35,094 nt of DNA from Deltaproteobacteria bacterium. GTDB taxonomy: Bacteria > Desulfobacterota > GWC2-55-46. A program made the position numbers and the translations under genes. The DNA lies in the NCBI GenBank assembly GCA_021825035.1, contig JAKAIQ010000001.1, positions 1 to 35,094 of the forward strand. Reading direction: 5' to 3'. Below are positions 30,696 through 35,094 of this stretch, piece after piece. Each line of letters starts with the position of its first letter. Position 1 is the first letter of the stretch. The notes beneath the pieces were generated by a model, which saw nothing but the letters and a program-made list of their open reading frames with translations, had not been told where the DNA came from and did no database searches.

Positions 30696-30713
30696 CCACC
30701 GAAGGGGGAGAAA

Positions 30714-30917
30714 ATGTTACATATCCGTAAAAAGTTACCAAGACGGGGCGGCAATAATTTCTACAAGGACAATAGAGTTTTTGAGACTGCTACCCTGTGC
30801 GGTGCGCCCGTTACAGACAAGGACGTGCTTTTCCAGCACGCCGGATACAAAAATCAGCAGGTGTGGCTTGAGGCTAATTGCTGTGCGGCTTGCCTCGCTA
30901 AATTCAAAACCCTTTAA
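30714..30917 (+). CDS. hypothetical small protein (67 aa)
   Basis: GGGGGAG SD; first gene of the rightward operon. Confidence 0.65.
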   Translation: MLHIRKKLPRRGGNNFYKDNRVFETATLCGAPVTDKDVLFQHAGYKNQQVWLEANCCAACLAKFKTL

Positions 30918-30933
30918 CCACGGAGGCGGGAAT

Positions 30934-31326
30934 ATGAAAACGATAGATACTCTCAGGCTTTGCGGCATTTTCTCAAATGCGGGCTTGACGTGGGATAACA
31001 TACCCGACCTTGATAGGCTGAACAAGCTCGGCAAGCGGGTACACCGGATAAGCGAAAATCAGTGCAACGGCTTCCAGGATTATAGGGGCGATTGGGATCA
31101 GGCCGCTTCCGACAACGCGGACAAGGCGGTCGAAAAAATCAAGGCCGAAATAACGACGATATGCGCCCGTAACGGCTGGGATGTTAAAATCAACACCGAT
31201 CCGCGCGGGTGGCCGTTAAAGGTGCTCGTGCCGATATATTGGCCCAAGACGGCCAAAAAAGGGAGCCTTATCCCGCCGGGACAGCGTACGGGCGAACATG
31301 ATATAAGCGCATTGGTTAACCTTTAA
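30934..31326 (+). CDS. hypothetical protein (130 aa)
   Basis: GGAGG SD before the internal ATG at 30934; the track start at 30781 overlaps the previous gene. Confidence 0.65.
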   Translation: MKTIDTLRLCGIFSNAGLTWDNIPDLDRLNKLGKRVHRISENQCNGFQDYRGDWDQAASDNADKAVEKIKAEITTICARNGWDVKINTDPRGWPLKVLVPIYWPKTAKKGSLIPPGQRTGEHDISALVNL

Positions 31327-31349
31327 CCCTAACCCGAAGGGAGAAAAAA

Positions 31350-31631
31350 ATGAACAGAGTCGACAAAAAATCTGATTACGAGGATGTGATAAAAAATGGA
31401 ATGCGCGGTGAATATCCCCGCGTTTTGACAACAGACGGCTATACATTTGACGAGGAATTTCTCGACAATTATGACCAGTGGGAACCGAACGGCGTGATTA
31501 TCGAGAAAATTCGTTACGCCGACGACTGGCCCACGTTTAGAGAGGCCACGCGGAGGCGCATATTAGTTAAAAAGGGGTTGCGGGGCGAGGACCTGAAAAT
31601 CGCCATATGGACAGGCGAATCAGGGGAATAG
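31350..31631 (+). CDS. hypothetical protein (93 aa)
   Basis: AAGGGAG SD. Confidence 0.65.
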   Translation: MNRVDKKSDYEDVIKNGMRGEYPRVLTTDGYTFDEEFLDNYDQWEPNGVIIEKIRYADDWPTFREATRRRILVKKGLRGEDLKIAIWTGESGE

Positions 31632-31829
31632 CCGAACCGGAGCAACTTCGTCAACCTCGTCGGCATCGAGGCGCACGTCCTCTAAAATGCGGTTGTTCAG
31701 GCTCAGGACTGCCGCGAAATGGCCACGCTTTTTCAGGAGTTCCCGAAATGCGGCCTCCGCAGTAGCCGGATTAGGTGTTTTAATCTCGTCCGACGTGTGG
31801 TTGGGATGTTTTAAGAAGATTTTATACAT
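31620..31829 (-). CDS. hypothetical protein (69 aa), lone opposite-strand gene in the early block
   Basis: ORF track. TTGCTT-17-TATAAG promoter whose -10 ends 5 nt before the ATG. Confidence 0.45.
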   Translation of the reverse strand: MYKIFLKHPNHTSDEIKTPNPATAEAAFRELLKKRGHFAAVLSLNNRILEDVRLDADEVDEVAPVRLFP

Positions 31830-31906
31830 AGCCCCTTATAGCAGAGAGTGAACAAAAAAGCAAACGTTTTTGATAAATAATTTAACCGCCTTCGGGCAAG
31901 GAGAAA

Positions 31907-32218
31907 ATGACCGTGTGTCAAAACGATAACAGCCATGTTTTATTAATGCAACATGTGGCCGCTTGCAATGCCGCAAATGCAGCGAACCAAGCCGAAAAAG
32001 TAGAATTAGAGCGGAAAAGGCCTTTTATACTCTTGCGTCCGCGCATGTTCCCCGACGGCGATCAATGGTGCGCCCTTTATGGGGAGAACATCCAAAATGG
32101 CGTCGCGGCCTTTGGTGATACCCCCGCACAGGCGGCAATCAATTTTGATATAGCCTGGCTGAACGGTAAACCGGGTCCAAGGAATTACTCAACAGAAAGG
32201 GGTTGGGAAAATGAATAA
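31907..32218 (+). CDS. hypothetical protein (103 aa)
   Basis: AAGGAG SD; FPDGDQWCALYGENIQNGVAAFGDTPAQA looks like a conserved small phage domain. Confidence 0.65.
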   Translation: MTVCQNDNSHVLLMQHVAACNAANAANQAEKVELERKRPFILLRPRMFPDGDQWCALYGENIQNGVAAFGDTPAQAAINFDIAWLNGKPGPRNYSTERGWENE

Positions 32219-32489
32219 TGGCATTTGTAAATTATGCGGTTCCCCCCTGCAAGGCAATTATTGCCCGAATTGCAAACTCATGCTGCTCGACCGCGAGATA
32301 GCCAAAGTGGTTAATTATCGTCGCGTGGATTGCTGTTTTTACTGCCAACACCTCAAATGTCAAAACAAGCAAAACGTCTGCCAGCGCACCCACTGCGGAG
32401 TGGACATTACATTCGTTTGCAATTCGTTCGAGATAGAGGATTACTACAAGCCAGCGGCGCCGACATATTTTCCGGAGGTTTCAAAATGA
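32211..32489 (+). CDS. Cys-rich zinc-finger protein (92 aa)
   Basis: CKLCGSPLQGNYCPNC plus further Cys/His clusters. Confidence 0.65.
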   Translation: MNNGICKLCGSPLQGNYCPNCKLMLLDREIAKVVNYRRVDCCFYCQHLKCQNKQNVCQRTHCGVDITFVCNSFEIEDYYKPAAPTYFPEVSK

Positions 32490-32908
32490 CCTACCGATTT
32501 TACATTGACGTAGAGGCGGAGAATGAGGAAGAGGCCGGAAATATCCTTGACGGCGAGGTAAAAGAGTTAAGCGCGGAATATCTCGCACCCTCAAGCATTC
32601 TCACGCTCATGCGCCCGCTGTCCGACGCGGAGATCGATGCTTACGCGCGCCAGGGTGCTCTTGAGGACGTTTTTTCGGGCCTCGAAAAGGAGGAGGACGG
32701 GACCGGCGAACTATATGAATACGAGGAGATTATCGGCATCCTCAGGGAAGATGAAATCGCCTTTTTATCTGGAACGGAGTTATGGCGGATTGTTTATGAC
32801 GATTACGAGAATTATAGCTGCGAAATGCTCCTAAATACTATACGCGGCAAAGAAATCGAGAACCGCCAACTCATCAGGCTTGGGCGCGACGGAAAGGGGG
32901 CCGAATAA
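32486..32908 (+). CDS. acidic hypothetical protein (140 aa)
   Basis: GGAGG SD; ATGA overlap with the upstream stop. Confidence 0.65.
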   Translation: MTYRFYIDVEAENEEEAGNILDGEVKELSAEYLAPSSILTLMRPLSDAEIDAYARQGALEDVFSGLEKEEDGTGELYEYEEIIGILREDEIAFLSGTELWRIVYDDYENYSCEMLLNTIRGKEIENRQLIRLGRDGKGAE

Positions 32909-33222
32909 TGGAGAAGTTTACGCCTGGGCCGTGGAAAATTGAACCGGGCCGCGAGATTACTGCCCAGAGCACACGATATGAAGGCGAGGAAATCCTTGTC
33001 GCTAAAGTATCGTGGCGGCCCACCCAGGCAGAGATGCGCGCCAATGCCACCCTAATCTCCGCCTCGCCGAATATGTATGCTGCTCTCAAGCTCGCTGAAT
33101 GGGGCGGCCACGCCGATGACGAAGAGCATTATTGCCCGGTCTGCTTCAACAAGAAACGCTGCGGCCACGCCAGGGGCTGCGAATTGGCACTCAGTATCGC
33201 GAAGGCCGAGGGGAGAGGGTAA
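32908..33222 (+). CDS. hypothetical protein (104 aa), TPGPW-type N-terminus
   Basis: TAATG coupling; ANATLISASPNMYAALK and CPVC...CGH. Confidence 0.65.
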   Translation: MEKFTPGPWKIEPGREITAQSTRYEGEEILVAKVSWRPTQAEMRANATLISASPNMYAALKLAEWGGHADDEEHYCPVCFNKKRCGHARGCELALSIAKAEGRG

Positions 33223-33224
33223 AC

Positions 33225-33452
33225 ATGAGCAAAAAGAACACGAACTGCCTTGACGGTATGCGCTGCCCGAAGTGCGGGAGCCTGGAGCCTATGTATATAA
33301 GCGCGACCTGTACCGTCAAGGTTTACGATGACGGGACGGACGAAACCGGGGATTTTGACTGGGATAAAAATAGCTCGTGTACCTGTGGGCTGTGCGGCTT
33401 CGATGGTCTTGTGGCCGCGTTCATGGGGAAGGAGGTAGTATCATGCCTGTAA
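33225..33452 (+). CDS. zinc-ribbon protein (75 aa)
   Basis: CPKCGS...CTCGLCG; GGGAGAGGG SD. Confidence 0.65.
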   Translation: MSKKNTNCLDGMRCPKCGSLEPMYISATCTVKVYDDGTDETGDFDWDKNSSCTCGLCGFDGLVAAFMGKEVVSCL

Positions 33453-33625
33453 ATAAAAAGCCTGTCATAGACTACTGGAAAATAATCATGGTAACAGAAG
33501 ACGGTAAAAAAATAGAGCTTGACACTTCCGACCTTTCCGACGAAGCCGCGCGGCTGGTTGACGAGCTAATAAAAGAGCAGGGCTACAAGGGCTTATGGGA
33601 GAAGGAGAAATGCGACAATGAATAA
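33443..33625 (+). CDS. hypothetical protein (60 aa)
   Basis: GGAGG SD before the ATG at 33443. Confidence 0.6.
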   Translation: MPVNKKPVIDYWKIIMVTEDGKKIELDTSDLSDEAARLVDELIKEQGYKGLWEKEKCDNE

Positions 33626-33980
33626 AAAGCTTTTAATAATCGCGTATGTAGCCGAACGGGTGTTGGTTGATGCCACGCCTGAGCTTATCGAGGAGATACG
33701 GACAAACCCAACCGGGATGAATCTCGCGCCGTTTGTCAGGGACGAGGAGGATACATACCTCGACTATGCTGAAACACAGGAGTACAACGCGGACGAGGTG
33801 AAACATATCGAGGTCCTATACGATGCCCGCAAAAAGGATGCTATTGCCCTTACCGCCGAGGATTGGGCGGACATCTACGAAGCACTTGCTATCACGAGTA
33901 ATGAGGCGCTTATGGACAAGATAGGCCCAGACGGCAGCGAGGCCGCGACGTGGGGCGTGGAGGCGACATGGAACAAATAA
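33618..33980 (+). CDS. acidic hypothetical protein (120 aa)
   Basis: ORF track; overlaps its neighbours by a few nt. Confidence 0.65.
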   Translation: MNKKLLIIAYVAERVLVDATPELIEEIRTNPTGMNLAPFVRDEEDTYLDYAETQEYNADEVKHIEVLYDARKKDAIALTAEDWADIYEALAITSNEALMDKIGPDGSEAATWGVEATWNK

Positions 33981-34168
33981 GGAAGCTTCGACCCGAAGAC
34001 AAGGCCCGTATCAAGTGCCAAACACGGGGATGCACGGATTGGGCGGTTGCTTGCCGTACTGTCCCGTGGGAAGTGGGGACGAGGAAAAGCATATCATTTT
34101 TCTTCATCTGCGCTTCCTGTATGGACGCCTATATAAAAGCGAAACAAGCAGCTAAACGGACGGCGTGA
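33968..34168 (+). CDS. Cys-rich small protein (66 aa)
   Basis: GGAGG SD before the ATG at 33968; CQTRGC...CASC. Confidence 0.6.
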   Translation: MEQIRKLRPEDKARIKCQTRGCTDWAVACRTVPWEVGTRKSISFFFICASCMDAYIKAKQAAKRTA

Positions 34169-34196
34169 GGCCGTATTTCGAGAAAAGGCGGTCTGT

Positions 34197-34466
34197 ATGA
34201 GCATCCTTTCCATCGACCTGACATACTTTGAGGACGAACGGGCGGAGCCGGAGGTAAAGCTTATACGGGGCAGGAAGGAGAGCTTTAAGCCTAACTGCTT
34301 CCTGTGCCCATATCGGGACTGCGTGGCGACGATGGACGGGCGGTGCCCCTGCCTGTCCGAGCATTACAAGAAGCGCCGGTATGACCCGGAGCAGGTGAAG
34401 GCATGGAACCTCAAGCAGAGAGACAAGAAGAACCCCAACAGGAAAAGAAGGTTAAAGGAGGGCTGA
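34197..34466 (+). CDS. Cys-rich protein with basic C-tail (89 aa)
   Basis: CFLCPYRDC...CPC, then KKRRYD...KKNPNRKRRLKEG. Confidence 0.6.
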   Translation: MSILSIDLTYFEDERAEPEVKLIRGRKESFKPNCFLCPYRDCVATMDGRCPCLSEHYKKRRYDPEQVKAWNLKQRDKKNPNRKRRLKEG

Positions 34467-34470
34467 TAAA

Positions 34471-34680
34471 ATGCTGGCTACGAGCGGCAAGGCGTTTGTA
34501 TTCGGGCGGTATATGGCGGGGATGTACGAGGTTGTTAAGGTGAACCCACGCGGCGATGTCGAGACCGTGAAATTCGTAATAGGTAGCGAAGTGGCCTGTA
34601 TCAAGGCCGTAGCGACCGTATGCGACGAGACGGGGGCCATTTACGGGGGCGTGGAGGCAAGCGAAAGAGTTGCGGGATGA
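34471..34680 (+). CDS. hypothetical protein (69 aa)
   Basis: AAGGAGGG SD. Confidence 0.65.
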   Translation: MLATSGKAFVFGRYMAGMYEVVKVNPRGDVETVKFVIGSEVACIKAVATVCDETGAIYGGVEASERVAG

Positions 34681-34752
34681 CTGTAAAATGGACGGCATGA
34701 CCGTCATATTGCCGTGGCACGGGGTTGTATCAATAGCACTCTCGGAGGTAAA

Positions 34753-34962
34753 ATGAAAACGACGGCAGAACTTAGCGGGCTTATCGGGAGGCAGGTCCTC
34801 ATCGGCTTCGAGAACCGGAGTCGAGACAAAGTAGAAAGATTCTCTGTCCCGATGGAGATAAAGGACGCAAAGGGCGCATACGGGCAGACGTACATCAAGG
34901 TTAAACCGGTAGGTGGCAGCGGGGAGGGTTGGGTACACGAGAACCGGATCGTACCGGAATAG
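34753..34962 (+). CDS. hypothetical protein (69 aa)
   Basis: GGAGGT SD before the ATG at 34753. Confidence 0.6.
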   Translation: MKTTAELSGLIGRQVLIGFENRSRDKVERFSVPMEIKDAKGAYGQTYIKVKPVGGSGEGWVHENRIVPE

Positions 34963-34990
34963 GCAACCTTTGGGCAACCCCGGAAATGCG

Positions 34991-35027
34991 AAGGGCTTAG
35001 GAGTTATCCTAAGCCCTTGTTTTTGTT
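34991..35027 (+). terminator. intrinsic terminator ending the rightward operon (possibly bidirectional)
   Basis: Perfect 12-bp stem AAGGGCTTAGGA / TCCTAAGCCCTT with loop GTTA, followed by GTTTTTGTTT. Confidence 0.85.

Positions 35028-35094
<67 letters not shown>

Larger units (their letters stand above)
1..35027. mobile_element. Tailed-phage / prophage genome segment (late morphogenesis and lysis operon on minus strand, control region, early small-gene operon on plus strand); element boundaries not identifiable in window
   Basis: Co-linear terS, terL, portal, scaffold, capsid, tail/fibre, giant internal protein and lysis genes; coupled stops/starts and Shine-Dalgarno (SD) sites throughout. 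Confidence 0.85.

Noticed and set aside
34411-34977. 188-aa minus-strand ORF spanning the last three early genes
   Set aside because: It lies opposite three plus-strand genes that each have a strong SD and tight spacing. It has no SD of its own, and its sequence is not protein-like.

Overview
The window reads as one tailed-phage or prophage segment, and neither end of the element lies inside it. All functional calls come from motif recognition and gene order. No homology search was possible.

Layout:
- **Late operon, minus strand (28760 down to 1).** It is tightly packed and runs terS, a 600-bp non-coding gap, an HExxH protein, terL, small ORFs, an intrinsic terminator, portal, scaffold and major capsid. 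These are followed by a capsid-associated protein, a lipoprotein, tandem small paralogs, tail and fibre proteins and a 430-aa protein. The operon ends with a 1552-aa giant protein, a PurD-like ATP-grasp enzyme, tiny zinc-ribbon ORFs and a lysis-proximal block. That block holds a secreted protein, a lytic transglycosylase, an HNH endonuclease, two cold-shock genes and small membrane proteins. No tail-tube, chaperone or tape-measure set is recognisable, so I infer a podovirus-like virion.
- **Repeat-rich non-coding DNA (28761-29390).** It lies directly upstream of terS.
- **Short leftward operon (30202-29391).** It encodes a Zn-ribbon protein and a Zn-ribbon/ribbon-helix-helix regulator.
- **Control region (30203-30713).** About 510 bp, with a near-consensus operator-flanked promoter.
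- **Rightward operon (30714-34962).** About 15 small, often Cys-rich genes ending at a strong terminator.
- **Partial initiator-type tRNA-Met (35028-35094, minus strand).** It abuts that terminator.

Most notable observations:
1. Four perfect DnaA boxes lie in the terS-terL gap.
2. An 11-bp x4 array, a 14-bp palindrome and a (GGGTAA)8 tract lie just upstream of terS.
3. Three small genes look disrupted: two by single-base indels and one by the lack of a canonical start codon.
4. A PurD-like ATP-grasp enzyme is translationally coupled to the giant protein.
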